Shown here piece after piece: positions 16,845 through 26,856 of a stretch of 64,000 bases of DNA (positions are counted from its first letter, which is position 1; the number at the start of each line of letters is the position of its first letter). The position numbers and the translations under genes are program-made. The notes under the pieces are model-generated. The model had not been told where the DNA came from. It did not search any database and was given only the letters and a program-made list of their open reading frames with translations. The stretch is from assembly GCA_965209055.1 (NCBI GenBank), contig OZ242374.1, positions 3,008,001 through 3,072,000 of the forward strand, in the 5' to 3' direction. Origin of the DNA: Acidobacteriota bacterium (GTDB lineage Bacteria > Acidobacteriota > UBA6911 > RPQK01 > JAJDTT01).

Positions 16845-18335
16845 TCAGAATCTCCAGTTGGGAATCGGTTCTCCCGCAGAGATGACCTCTTCCAGGTACG
16901 CCCCCGTCTGGGGTGGAGACGGCAACTCGTGGCTCTCGACGTCGTCGTGGATCCGGTATCCCATGACGTTGTGCCAGTTGCCGTCGGCCAGTTGAACCGT
17001 GGTGGACGAGGGATGGTCCACCCGCCACATGGAACCGCTCGGAGCCGGACCGAATTCGGCCTTGCAGTGGCGGCCCAGGATCGGCGCCTCCAGGCTGGTC
17101 CGGTCGTCGCTCAAGGGCCAGAGGTACAGTTTCTGCCGGGTCCATCCGCCTCCCCGGACGCGGCCTTCCGTGTCGGCCGGTATCCGGAAACGCTTGGGTA
17201 TGGGGTCCAATGGCACCAGGTACATGTTGGAGGCGATGTAAGGAGTCCCGTCCGCCGCCTGGTTCAGAGTGATGGGACAACTGGAGATGACGCCCACCAC
17301 GTGAATGATCTTTTCCCAGGTCTCACCACCGTCCCGGGAGCGCCAGACGCGTATGGCGTGGGGTCGCGTGCCCCCCTTGCCCCGGGCCGAGAAGAGCAGG
17401 TCGCCGTTGGTGTCGCGGATCAGGCTGGGCTCGGTCGACCCGTCCGTGCCGGTCACCGAAACGAAAGAGACGGGGCGCCACACGCCGTTGGTCCGCCGCC
17501 AGCGCAGGACGCCGGATCCACCGGGGACCGGTTCGCCGGACTCCGCCACCCTGGAGGCGTGCATGCCCAGCAGCAAGTCGTCCCCGTCGGCGATGGCGTT
17601 GGTGAGGCTGCCGTTGCTGATGTTCCAGCCGGAAACCAGATCGGTGGGGAGAACCCTCTCCTCGCCGGTCACCCGGAACTGGCCTCCGTCGTAGCTGAAC
17701 TGGAAGACCTCCATGATCTGGTAACGTTCGGCGTCCTCGTACATCCCTCCCCCGTGGGCGCTCTTGGGGTCGCCCGGGTGCCGCGCCAATCCGGTGTCGA
17801 TCCCGAAACCGGTCCCGGCGTGGGGGTGGGGAGAACCGTCCGGGTTCTTGGCTCCCAGGGGAACGAATCCGCCCCTCATGGGGTACTTGACCATGATGGC
17901 GGGCTGGTTGGGCGGGTCGGAGTTGGGATTGGCCTGCTCGTGGTTTCGGGTCACCGGTACGGCGGGTGCGGAAGGGGGACGGCTGAGGTCGTCGAAGAGG
18001 ACCACGTCGTTGCCCACCTCGTAGTCGTCGCCGCTGCGGGCCGGCGCCATGACGCCGTTGCGGATCCGGATGTTGACGAAGGCGGCGGCCATGCGGGGAG
18101 CCACCTGGAACGGAAAGATGAGTCCGTAGCGCCAGCTCTTGCCCTCGGGAACGTCGGGGGGAACGGTCAGGTCCGGACCTCCCCGAGTCACGCTCAGGAT
18201 CCCGAGGCCGGGGCCGCTGGATGCCGGTTGCCCCTCCTCTCCCGAAGAGCACCCGCCGATGGTACCCAGCGAAGCGCCTCCCAAGAGCAGGGCCAATCGC
18301 TTCTGAAACTCCCGGCGGTGAAATCGAGCGTTCAT
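16845..18335 (-). CDS. Tat-exported (possibly lipoprotein) sialidase/BNR-like protein, paralog 2
   Basis: HRREF motif, IGGC lipobox-like, Asp-box SRDGGETW; long shared blocks with paralog 1. Confidence 0.75.
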   Translation of the reverse strand: MNARFHRREFQKRLALLLGGASLGTIGGCSSGEEGQPASSGPGLGILSVTRGGPDLTVPPDVPEGKSWRYGLIFPFQVAPRMAAAFVNIRIRNGVMAPARSGDDYEVGNDVVLFDDLSRPPSAPAVPVTRNHEQANPNSDPPNQPAIMVKYPMRGGFVPLGAKNPDGSPHPHAGTGFGIDTGLARHPGDPKSAHGGGMYEDAERYQIMEVFQFSYDGGQFRVTGEERVLPTDLVSGWNISNGSLTNAIADGDDLLLGMHASRVAESGEPVPGGSGVLRWRRTNGVWRPVSFVSVTGTDGSTEPSLIRDTNGDLLFSARGKGGTRPHAIRVWRSRDGGETWEKIIHVVGVISSCPITLNQAADGTPYIASNMYLVPLDPIPKRFRIPADTEGRVRGGGWTRQKLYLWPLSDDRTSLEAPILGRHCKAEFGPAPSGSMWRVDHPSSTTVQLADGNWHNVMGYRIHDDVESHELPSPPQTGAYLEEVISAGEPIPNWRF

Positions 18336-18391
18336 GGGGTGTCTCCCTCACAGGAATTGAATTTTGGCGCCCAGTCTACTACGCTGCCAAC

Positions 18392-21300
18392 GTGCTCTGC
18401 CATGACCTCCGGCGATTGCAAGCGCTCCCGAAGGCCCTGATTCCGGTGGCGATCGTCAGCTTGGTTGCCATGCACGTTCCTGTCGTTGCGCAGCAGCAGG
18501 TGGGCGGTCTCCGAGTCCTCGTCACCGACCGGACCGGCAGCGTCATTCCCGGCGCCGAAGTCGAGTTCGGCAGCCGGGTGTTGATCCGGCCGGACTTCGG
18601 AGTCTCCGATGATCAGGGATTGGTGATCAAGAACAACCTGCCGCCCGGAACCTACGCGGTGACCGTCCGATTCCCGGGGTTCCGGACCGCCGTGAACGAA
18701 GACGTCGCTGTCCAGGCCGGCCGGATATTTTCCGTTGAGATACCCCTCGAAGTCGGCGGGATCGACAGTACGATCATCGTGGAGGCGGGCCAAGCGGCCA
18801 TCGATACGTTCAAGAGCGAGTCGGCGTCGATCTACACCGGGCAACGGATTACCGACGCCCCCGGGGGCCGGGACTTCAGCGACTACGCGCGCTTCACGCC
18901 GAGCGTCAACGTCGAAGCCCAGGCGGGCAACGTGACCTACCGGGGGCAGACCGTCCGTGGTATCTCCGTCGACGGTTCCTCGGGCGCGGAGAACGTCTTC
19001 TATATCGACGGTGTCGATACGACGAGCATGTACAACGGGTTGAACAATCAGAACCTGCGTGTCGAAACGGTGCAGGAGTTCCAATTGAAGACCGCCGGTT
19101 ACGAGGCGGAGTTCGGCGGCGCCATGGGAGGCGTGCTCAGCATCCGGACCAAGAGCGGATCGAACGATTTTCACGGAAGCGTGCTTTGGTACGGCAGCGG
19201 CAGCACACTGACCGGCGCCCCGAGCCAGCGGCTGCGCCTGGACCCGTCCCAGGCCGTCGACGTGGCCGAATACGTGTTCGACGCCGAAGACGATGAGGCG
19301 ATCAATGAATTTGGCTTCACCCTGGGAGGTCCGATCTGGCGCGACCGCATCTGGTTCTTCGGCGCGCTCCTCCCGCAAGTCCGAAACCGGACGCGCTCCA
19401 TAACCTTCACATCCGGAGAAACGGGCGTCTTCAAGCGCAAGGATCAGCTCCGGAGCACGACCGTCAAGATCGATTTCCAACCCGCGGAGAGAGTCCGATT
19501 GATGTCCTCGTACGTATCGGACCGGTCGAAATGGAAGGGTGGACTGCCCCATCGCGACGGCACCTCCAACCCGGACTTCGAGTGGGAGAAGGAAGGGTTC
19601 GAACATCCCGGCTACACGGTGACGGGAGCCATGACCTTCACGCCGTCCCCGGTGGCGATCCTGGATGCCCGTTGGGGACTGAATGCCATTCAAACAGAAC
19701 AACTGCTGGGGCCGAATCAGGTCCGTCACAGGTTTCCCCAAACCCCGGGACTGGTCGGGTATTCGCCGGAGGACCCCCTCTATCGACCACGCGGCTTCTC
19801 TTCGATCGGCCATTCGGCAAGCTTCAATACCTCCCAGGATTTCCAGAAAAAGAGCACCGTATCTCTCAGTGGGAATTATCTGGCCACCCTGGCCGGCCAG
19901 CAGCATGACCTTCGCTTCGGATGGCAGTTCAACGGGCTCGCACACGACGTCAACAACGCCTACCAGTTCGACTACGTCCTTCACTACTACGCCCGGCCCT
20001 ACAACACCGTGGACGGGACCGTCCGGACCAGCGTCTGCACGGGTCCGGACGGCGTGCGCTACGATCCTTGCGGCTACTATTCGGTGAGGACGCCGTTCGG
20101 CGTCGTGGCGAACGTCGCCACTTTCCGCCATGCCCTGTTCTTCCAGGACGCCTGGACCATCAACGGTTCCCTCACCCTGAACCTGGGCCTTCGCTTCGAA
20201 CGCGAAGAGATCCCCTCCTTCAGCGATCTTCCGGAATTTTCCGGAGCCGTCTTCAAGTGGGGCTTTCTGGACAAGACCGCGCCCCGCCTGGGCTTCGCCT
20301 ATGACCTCCTGGGGAACGCGAAGGTCAAGGTCTTCGGCAGTTGGGCGCGGTTCTACGACGCCATGAAGCTCGAGATGGCCAACGGCTCGTTCGGCGGGTT
20401 CAAGTGGTTGAGCAATTACTACCTGATGGACGATACCACGCTGGATTGGACCCGGATCGGCGGGCTGTCGGGCCAGGGGAACTATCCCGGGACCTTCGTC
20501 GAGACCAGGAACTGGAGACTTCCGTCGTTCGAGGATCTGGATCCAAGCCTGAAGCCCATGCGCATGACGGGAGTCGTGGCCGGGGCTGAGTATGAGGCCG
20601 CAACGGACTATGTGGTTTCTTTCCGTTACACGCGCAAGAATCTGGACGAGGCGATCGAGGACGTGGGCCGCCAGACACCGGCCGGCGAAGCCTACTACAT
20701 CACCAACCCGGGGCGAGGCCTGTCGGTCGACCGTTTCCTGGAAGCGGGGCTGCCGGCCACCCCCAAACCAAAGCGAACCTACAATGCCGCCGAATTCCGC
20801 TTGCGCAAGTCCATCCGAGACAGTTGGTTTGCGGACGTCGCCTATGTGTACTCGAGGCTGTACGGCCTCTATTCGGGCCTGGGAAGCTCCGACGAGAACG
20901 GGCGCCTCAGTCCCAACGTCGACCGGGATTTCGATCTCTGGTTCCTGAACTACGACTCCGCCGGCAACCTGATCGACGGACCGCTGGGCACCGACCGAAC
21001 GCACCAACTCAAGATCAATGGGATGTGGATCACGCCGTGGAATATGGCCGTGAGCGGTTTTTTCCGCGCCATGAGCGGAACGCCCATCACCCGGACCGTC
21101 GACCTGGAACACGTGGATGTCATCGTGGACAACCGCGGCAGCGACGGGCGAAACCCGTTCTGGACCCAGACGGACCTCTCCCTCGTCCAGCGCTTCTACC
21201 CTTTCCGGGACGAGACCCGATCGTTCGAGATCAACTTCAACGTCATCAATCTCTTCAACCAGAAGACCGGCTTGCGGACATTTCGAAGCCTGTACCGCCA

Positions 21301-21469
21301 GTCCCTTCCCTTGTGGCAACCGGGCGATCCCGCCTCGCAGGTCCTGAACGGCTACGACTATCGCGCCATAGCCGCCTCCCAGGGCGCGACCCAGGATCCG
21401 CGTTTCCTGCAGCAGGACCGGTTCCTGGACCCGATCGCGGCCCGCTTCGGGGTCCGATTCGTCTTCTGA
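18392..21469 (+). CDS. TonB-dependent receptor (Oar-like, N-terminal carboxypeptidase-regulatory-like domain)
   Basis: VTDRTGSVIPGA, IDGVD, GYEAEFGGAMGGV, TKSGSN, FFQDAW, C-terminal GVRFVF. Start codon approximate. Confidence 0.93.
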   Translation: MLCHDLRRLQALPKALIPVAIVSLVAMHVPVVAQQQVGGLRVLVTDRTGSVIPGAEVEFGSRVLIRPDFGVSDDQGLVIKNNLPPGTYAVTVRFPGFRTAVNEDVAVQAGRIFSVEIPLEVGGIDSTIIVEAGQAAIDTFKSESASIYTGQRITDAPGGRDFSDYARFTPSVNVEAQAGNVTYRGQTVRGISVDGSSGAENVFYIDGVDTTSMYNGLNNQNLRVETVQEFQLKTAGYEAEFGGAMGGVLSIRTKSGSNDFHGSVLWYGSGSTLTGAPSQRLRLDPSQAVDVAEYVFDAEDDEAINEFGFTLGGPIWRDRIWFFGALLPQVRNRTRSITFTSGETGVFKRKDQLRSTTVKIDFQPAERVRLMSSYVSDRSKWKGGLPHRDGTSNPDFEWEKEGFEHPGYTVTGAMTFTPSPVAILDARWGLNAIQTEQLLGPNQVRHRFPQTPGLVGYSPEDPLYRPRGFSSIGHSASFNTSQDFQKKSTVSLSGNYLATLAGQQHDLRFGWQFNGLAHDVNNAYQFDYVLHYYARPYNTVDGTVRTSVCTGPDGVRYDPCGYYSVRTPFGVVANVATFRHALFFQDAWTINGSLTLNLGLRFEREEIPSFSDLPEFSGAVFKWGFLDKTAPRLGFAYDLLGNAKVKVFGSWARFYDAMKLEMANGSFGGFKWLSNYYLMDDTTLDWTRIGGLSGQGNYPGTFVETRNWRLPSFEDLDPSLKPMRMTGVVAGAEYEAATDYVVSFRYTRKNLDEAIEDVGRQTPAGEAYYITNPGRGLSVDRFLEAGLPATPKPKRTYNAAEFRLRKSIRDSWFADVAYVYSRLYGLYSGLGSSDENGRLSPNVDRDFDLWFLNYDSAGNLIDGPLGTDRTHQLKINGMWITPWNMAVSGFFRAMSGTPITRTVDLEHVDVIVDNRGSDGRNPFWTQTDLSLVQRFYPFRDETRSFEINFNVINLFNQKTGLRTFRSLYRQSLPLWQPGDPASQVLNGYDYRAIAASQGATQDPRFLQQDRFLDPIAARFGVRFVF

Positions 21470-21471
21470 TT

Positions 21472-21495
21472 GGAGGGGGGACATTCTTGTCCCCC
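21472..21495 (+). repeat. REP-like hairpin or terminator
   Basis: GGAG then GGGGGACA-TTCT-TGTCCCCC directly after the receptor stop. Confidence 0.55.
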
Positions 21496-21634
21496 ACTCT
21501 TTGTCTGGGATTCGGCGGCTGAATGCTCCGGTCCCGCCGATTCCCGGCCCCGTTTCACCCGCGATTCTGCTGGGGACGGGCCGTGAGACAATCGGGGACG
21601 AATTGGGCAATTTGCAAGGGAATTTGACCGGCTC

Positions 21635-21781
21635 ATGACTTGCCCACGCTGCCGGACCAAGATGAAGGTCGCCGCTCATCGGGCCCACAAGCAGGAGAAA
21701 TGGCGCTGCCCCAAGTGCGGCAAGGTGCGGATGAAACCGGCCAGCTACCGCCGTTCCAAGTACCGGACCCGAGGGGCCTGA
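21635..21781 (+). CDS. 48-aa basic zinc-ribbon microprotein (absent from ORF track)
   Basis: Translates as MTCPRCRTKMKVAAHRAHKQEKWRCPKCGKVRMKPASYRRSKYRTRGA*; two CPxC knuckles; host-like codon usage. Confidence 0.7.
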   Translation: MTCPRCRTKMKVAAHRAHKQEKWRCPKCGKVRMKPASYRRSKYRTRGA

Positions 21782-21864
21782 GCGCTGGACGGCAGACCGG
21801 AGAGCAGCTTCCGGCCCGGGTCCACCGCGGCCGTCCGCCGCGGGGGCTCGATCCCTTCCGCCCT

Positions 21865-23367
21865 CTATTTCACGCCGGCGGCCAGCCACCGGATCGGCCG
21901 CGCGCAGATCAGGAACACGGCCCCGGCGATGACCGAGGTGACGGCGACGTTGAAGAACAGCTCCTCGGCGGTCATGGTCTCGAGTCGTCCGGCCATGAGC
22001 CCGGCGATGAGGTTCCCCAGGGCCGCTCCCATGAACCAGGTGCCCATCATCTGCCCCACGAGACGCGCCGGGGAGAGCTTGGTGATGCTGCTCAATCCCA
22101 CGGGACTCAGGCAGAGCTCGCCGACGGTGTGGAAAAAGTAGGTCGTCACCAGCCACACCGGGCTCACCTTGCCGGCGGCGACGTATTGGGAACCCCAGGC
22201 CATGACGAAAAAACCGGCTCCCAGGAAGGTGAGCGCGAAGGCGAACTTGACCCCCAGGGAGGGATTCCTCGATCCGAGGCCGACCCAGAGCATCCCCATC
22301 AAGGGCGCCAGCATGACGATCAGCAGCGGATTGACCTGCTGCAGCCAGCCGGCGGGAAACTCCCAGGAGAAGATCATCAGGTCGGTGTGTTCCTTGGCGA
22401 AGAGGTTCATGCTGGAGCCGGCCTGCTCGAAGCCGGACCAGAAGATCGCGGCTGCGATGAAGAGGACGAAGATGAGACCCACCCTGCGTCTCTCCAGGCC
22501 GTCTCTGCAGGCGAACAGGATCACGTAGCTGAAGTAGAGGATGGCCAGAACCGAAATCGAGAGGGAGACGGTTCGGGCCACACCCTCGACGGTAAGTGTC
22601 AGCAGACCGGCCGACGTCAGAGCGGCCAGCGCCAGCGCCGCGGCGGCCACCACTCCCAGCCCCTTCAGGAACTGGCTGCGGGACCGGGCCTGCGCCTGGA
22701 GGCCGGCGGCGTCCCCCTTGAGTTCACCGGCCCCGGCCAGATGGCGGCGTCCCAGCACGTATTGCAGCACGGCGAAGGTCATGCCGACGCCGGCGGCGCC
22801 GAAGCCCAGATGCCAGTCCACCTTCTCGCCCAGAAAGGAGCAGATCCCCGGCCCCAGGAAAGCGCCGACGTTGATTCCCATGTAGAAGATGGAGAATCCG
22901 GCGTCCCGCCGAGCGTCGTTTCCCGTGTAGAGGTCGCCGACGATGGCGCTGACGTTGGGTTTCAGCAGGCCGGTGCCCAGCGCCACCAGACCCAGCCCCA
23001 CGTAGAAAGTGAGCTCGGCCGGGACCGCCAGCGCGTAGTGGCCGGCGGCGATGATGATCCCGCCCACCAGGACGGCGCGCCGCTGGCCGATGAGCCGGTC
23101 GGCCACCCACCCTCCGGGGAGCGCCAGCGCGTAGACCGCAAAGGTGTACAAGCCGTAGACGGCGCCCGCTTCGGCCTTGCCCATGCCCATGCCCCCGCTG
23201 GCGGTGTCGATCATGAACAGGACCAGGAGGGCCCTCATGCCGTAGTAGCTGAAGCGCTCCCACATTTCGGTGAAGAAGAGGGTCGAGAGTCCCCGGGGAT
23301 GGCCGAAGAAGGTCTGTTGCCGGCGGCCGCCGCCGGATGTCTGCGATGGGTCCATGGAGGCCTCCAT
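21865..23367 (-). CDS. POT-family proton-dependent di/tripeptide transporter
   Basis: FFGHPRGL, EMWERFSYYGMR, FYMGINVG, GELCLSPVGLS. Confidence 0.95.
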   Translation of the reverse strand: MEASMDPSQTSGGGRRQQTFFGHPRGLSTLFFTEMWERFSYYGMRALLVLFMIDTASGGMGMGKAEAGAVYGLYTFAVYALALPGGWVADRLIGQRRAVLVGGIIIAAGHYALAVPAELTFYVGLGLVALGTGLLKPNVSAIVGDLYTGNDARRDAGFSIFYMGINVGAFLGPGICSFLGEKVDWHLGFGAAGVGMTFAVLQYVLGRRHLAGAGELKGDAAGLQAQARSRSQFLKGLGVVAAAALALAALTSAGLLTLTVEGVARTVSLSISVLAILYFSYVILFACRDGLERRRVGLIFVLFIAAAIFWSGFEQAGSSMNLFAKEHTDLMIFSWEFPAGWLQQVNPLLIVMLAPLMGMLWVGLGSRNPSLGVKFAFALTFLGAGFFVMAWGSQYVAAGKVSPVWLVTTYFFHTVGELCLSPVGLSSITKLSPARLVGQMMGTWFMGAALGNLIAGLMAGRLETMTAEELFFNVAVTSVIAGAVFLICARPIRWLAAGVK

Positions 23368-23383
23368 ATCTACGTCTTCGAGA

Positions 23384-24343
23384 TCAGCGAACCGCGATGG
23401 GATTCCCCGGAGATCCGGTGGCTCCCTTCAGGCGCAGAGGGGAGAAGATGAATGCGAACTCGTAGGCCTTGTCCCGCGCCAGCTCCTCCAGCGTCAGATT
23501 CTCCAGGTTGTAGATCCCGTGGCGAACCAGCATCCACTGGTGCACTTCGAAGGGACGGTCCGGATTCTCGTGCGGGACCACTTCGATGGCCCAGTTGTCG
23601 GCCCCGGTCAGCACTGTTTTCCTGCTGCTGAGCCAGCGGGCCGCCTCCATGCCGATCCCCGGCTCACCCGAGTTGTAACGGTCGTTGTCCCGCATCCAAA
23701 GTTTTTCGTGTCCGGTGCGGATCAGGACCGCGTCCCCCTCTCGAATCTCCACGCCCTGTCGTTTCAGGGCGCCCTCCAGGTCGTCCGAGGTGATGACGTA
23801 GCCTGGCTGCAGGCGGTCCACGCCCTTGTACGAAGCCACGTCGATGAGGACTCCGCGAGTGAAGAAGACGCCCACATTCTCGACGCCCAGCTTCAGGAGT
23901 CCGTAGGGGGTCGCGAATCGGGACCGCCGGAAGCCGTTGTAGAAATAGTCGTCGTCGGGCAGCCGTACGCCCACGTGGCCGAGTCCGTCGAACTGGGTTC
24001 CCACCTGACCGATCTCCCCGCTGAACATCTCGTCAAATCCCACGAGTCCATTGGTTCCCGTAGGGTCGCCCGAAGTCGGGGATCCCGGAATGGTCAGCTT
24101 GAAATGCCGCTTGCCCGCCAGCGGCATCCCTTCCTGGTAGACCTGACCCAGGGAGTAGATCTTGCCGGTGCGGATGAGCCGGCCGGCTTCCAGGACCTTG
24201 GCCGGAGTGATCCGGTTGGCGGCGCCGCGTTGATCCCCGGCGCCCCACTCGGAAGGCCACCAGCGGGAACCGACGGGTGTTTCCTGGGGCCCGGCAACCG
24301 ACTGCATGGACCAGCAGAGCAGTATGAACCCGATGAGCCTCAT
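23384..24343 (-). CDS. Secreted cyclase-family metal-dependent hydrolase
   Basis: Signal peptide, WGAGDQRGAAN, GTQFDGLGH, LIRTG, GATGSPGNPIA. Confidence 0.9.
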   Translation of the reverse strand: MRLIGFILLCWSMQSVAGPQETPVGSRWWPSEWGAGDQRGAANRITPAKVLEAGRLIRTGKIYSLGQVYQEGMPLAGKRHFKLTIPGSPTSGDPTGTNGLVGFDEMFSGEIGQVGTQFDGLGHVGVRLPDDDYFYNGFRRSRFATPYGLLKLGVENVGVFFTRGVLIDVASYKGVDRLQPGYVITSDDLEGALKRQGVEIREGDAVLIRTGHEKLWMRDNDRYNSGEPGIGMEAARWLSSRKTVLTGADNWAIEVVPHENPDRPFEVHQWMLVRHGIYNLENLTLEELARDKAYEFAFIFSPLRLKGATGSPGNPIAVR

Positions 24344-24380
24344 GAATTGTTTCTCCCTCGCGTCATGTTCGGCTTCCGAA

Positions 24381-25496
24381 TCAATTCGTCTCGGCCGGCT
24401 CGGGAGGACCGGCATTCAGAGCAGGAATCACCTCCTGAGCCATGAGCTCCAGACTCCGGATCCAACTCTGCTTGTCGTCCCAGTCATGAGCGGTCAGGAC
24501 GAGAGTCCCGAAGCCGCCGACCTGGTCCCTCAATTCCCGGAGCATCTGCGTGACCCGGGGCGGGTCCCCCGCAATCACGACCTCGTCCATGAAATAGTCC
24601 AGATTGCAATCGGCGTCGCTCATGGAAGGATCCCGTTTCCAGATCTCCAGGCCCGGTCCCCTCCGGGTCAGCTCCAGGATGTATTCGATGCATTTCCCCA
24701 TGGAGTTTCCGGCGGCGAGCCGGCGGGCCTCCCCGGTGGTTTCGGCCACGAGGACGTTGCGGGCGACCCTCCAGTCGTCGATTCGCGCGCGGCGGCCGTG
24801 TCGGCGGGCTCCCGAATCGTAGGTCGACCAATGGTTCTGCAAGGTCTCTGTCGACACCATGTGGTGGCTGATGGGAAGGAAGCCGCGGCCGGCCGCCTTC
24901 TCGACGCCCACCGAGTCGCGGGTGATGCAGGGAACCATGATGGGCGGGTGGGGTTGCTGCAGCGGCCTGTGGAGGACGCCCACGCCCATTTCCGGGTCGA
25001 TGGTCTCGGAGAGACGGAAGTCCCAGAACTTCCCGTGGAACTCGATGGGGGGTTCCTGGCTCCAGATTCCCAGGATGGCTTCGATGGCCTCGCCGACCAG
25101 ACCGCCGGATTGCTTCGGATCGACGCCGTAGATCTCCATGTCGCTGGGGATCGCCCCGGGACCGAAGCAGAGATTGAGGCGCCCGTGGGACAGGTGGTCA
25201 AGAAAGGCCAGGCGCGACGCGACGTGGGCCGGATGGTGGTACTGAAGGCAGACCGGAGCCGGTCCGATCCGGATTCGCGAGGTCATTCCCAACGCCTTGC
25301 CGATGAAGATCTCCGGCATGACGATGTTTTCCACGCTGGAGGAGTGATGTTCTCCCACCCAGAACTCCGAAAATCCCAGTTCCTCGCATCGCACGACCAG
25401 TTCCAGGTCCTCGTCGAAGCATTGGGCCAGTGGCTTGTCCGGATCGTGCACGGGCATGAGGAACATCCCGAGCTGCAGGGCCGGCTGATGGGTCAT
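24381..25496 (-). CDS. LLM-class flavin-dependent monooxygenase
   Basis: LGMFLMPVH, WVGEHH, LDHLSHGR, QQPHPP. Confidence 0.92.
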   Translation of the reverse strand: MTHQPALQLGMFLMPVHDPDKPLAQCFDEDLELVVRCEELGFSEFWVGEHHSSSVENIVMPEIFIGKALGMTSRIRIGPAPVCLQYHHPAHVASRLAFLDHLSHGRLNLCFGPGAIPSDMEIYGVDPKQSGGLVGEAIEAILGIWSQEPPIEFHGKFWDFRLSETIDPEMGVGVLHRPLQQPHPPIMVPCITRDSVGVEKAAGRGFLPISHHMVSTETLQNHWSTYDSGARRHGRRARIDDWRVARNVLVAETTGEARRLAAGNSMGKCIEYILELTRRGPGLEIWKRDPSMSDADCNLDYFMDEVVIAGDPPRVTQMLRELRDQVGGFGTLVLTAHDWDDKQSWIRSLELMAQEVIPALNAGPPEPAETN

Positions 25497-25718
25497 GGCG
25501 GGATCCTTTCTTGAATTGCGGCGCGTCATGGTCCCTGGTGTCGCCAATCAGGATGGGCGCGAACGCGTGCAGAGTCAACGTCTTCCCTCAGGTCCCAAGT
25601 TGCACCCCGGACTTGCGAGCGAATAAAATTATGCAGGTATTCCCATGAGGCAAGATAACCTTGTCCCGGTTGGAAACGGGTTCAGACTTGGGGCCGCCAG
25701 AGGTCCAGGCATGATGCG

Positions 25719-26813
25719 ATGATGTGGCACCTGATTCTCTCCAACCTCCGCCAGCGGCCGACCCGCACCTGCGTCAACGTCATGGCCGTTTCCCTGGGCG
25801 TGGTGCTGGTTCTGGTCAGCGTGGGGCTTTCCTACGGGCAGTTGCTCGATCAGGCCGAGCGGACCCGCCGCATCGGTGGGGACTTCATGCTTCAGCCACC
25901 GGACGCCTCCTTTTTCCTGGCGCTCAACAGCGGCGCCATGGACGTGAGGATCGGGCGGGTCATCGAGAAGGTGGACGGCGTCGAGGCTTCGACTCCGATC
26001 ATGGTCAAGGTCGTCAGCAGGAACTTCTTCGCGGTCTTCGGCGTGGAGGCGGCCAGCTTCCGGAGAGTCAATGATGGACTGAAGTTCGTCCAGGGCCGGT
26101 TTTTCGAGTCAGAGGATGAGGCGGTCGTCGACGAACTCTACGCCTCCACCAACGATGTCGAAGTCGGACAGGAAATCGATCTCCTCGGGCACGATTTCAA
26201 GATAACCGGGATCTACCAGAGGGGAACCGCCGGCCGGGCCATGATCCCACTCGAGACCCTGCAGAAGATCAACGGGACTCCGGGCAAGTGCTCGGTCTTC
26301 TTCATCCGTGCCGAGGACGGAAGGTCTCACGACGAAGTGCGAACGGCGCTGGAAACCCGGTTCGAAAACTACAATGTGACAGCCACCAGGAACCTGGATC
26401 AACTCTTCACTTCCACCACACCCGTTTTCCGCGAGTTCCTCCTGGTGATCGTCGCATTGGCCGTGGCCATGAGCTTCCTGGTGACACTCACGGCCACCTA
26501 CAGCACCATTGTCGAGCGGACCCGGGAAATCGGAATCCTCAAGTCCCTGGGGGCTTCAAAGTCCTATATCGTCCGCCTCTTTCTCGAGGAGTCGCTGCTG
26601 GTCTCGGTGCTGGGCCTGATCTCCGGCTTCCTCCTGACCTGGGGAGTCCTCAGCCTGATCGCGGTCAATTTCCCCTCCTTGCCCGTGATTATCCAGCCCC
26701 TCTGGCGGGTGGCGGTGGTGGGGATATCCATGGGCGGAACCGTGATGGGCGCTCTCTATCCCGCGTGGAAGGCGGCCAAGATGGACCCGGTCACGGCCCT
26801 GGGCTACGAGTAG
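25719..26813 (+). CDS. ABC transporter permease (MacB/FtsX-like)
   Basis: ERTREIGILKSLGA, YPAWKAAKMDPVTAL. Confidence 0.92.
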   Translation: MMWHLILSNLRQRPTRTCVNVMAVSLGVVLVLVSVGLSYGQLLDQAERTRRIGGDFMLQPPDASFFLALNSGAMDVRIGRVIEKVDGVEASTPIMVKVVSRNFFAVFGVEAASFRRVNDGLKFVQGRFFESEDEAVVDELYASTNDVEVGQEIDLLGHDFKITGIYQRGTAGRAMIPLETLQKINGTPGKCSVFFIRAEDGRSHDEVRTALETRFENYNVTATRNLDQLFTSTTPVFREFLLVIVALAVAMSFLVTLTATYSTIVERTREIGILKSLGASKSYIVRLFLEESLLVSVLGLISGFLLTWGVLSLIAVNFPSLPVIIQPLWRVAVVGISMGGTVMGALYPAWKAAKMDPVTALGYE

Positions 26814-26856
26814 TGCCTGCCGTCCGGGATTCGTCTCCGGCCGCAGGACAATTTCC

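Noticed and set aside
18332-22156. 1274-aa minus-strand ORF, and similar ones at 2247-3524, 12297-13631, 54967-56799 and 63177-63971
   Set aside because: Antisense shadows of well-supported genes in GC-rich DNA; no recognisable motifs.
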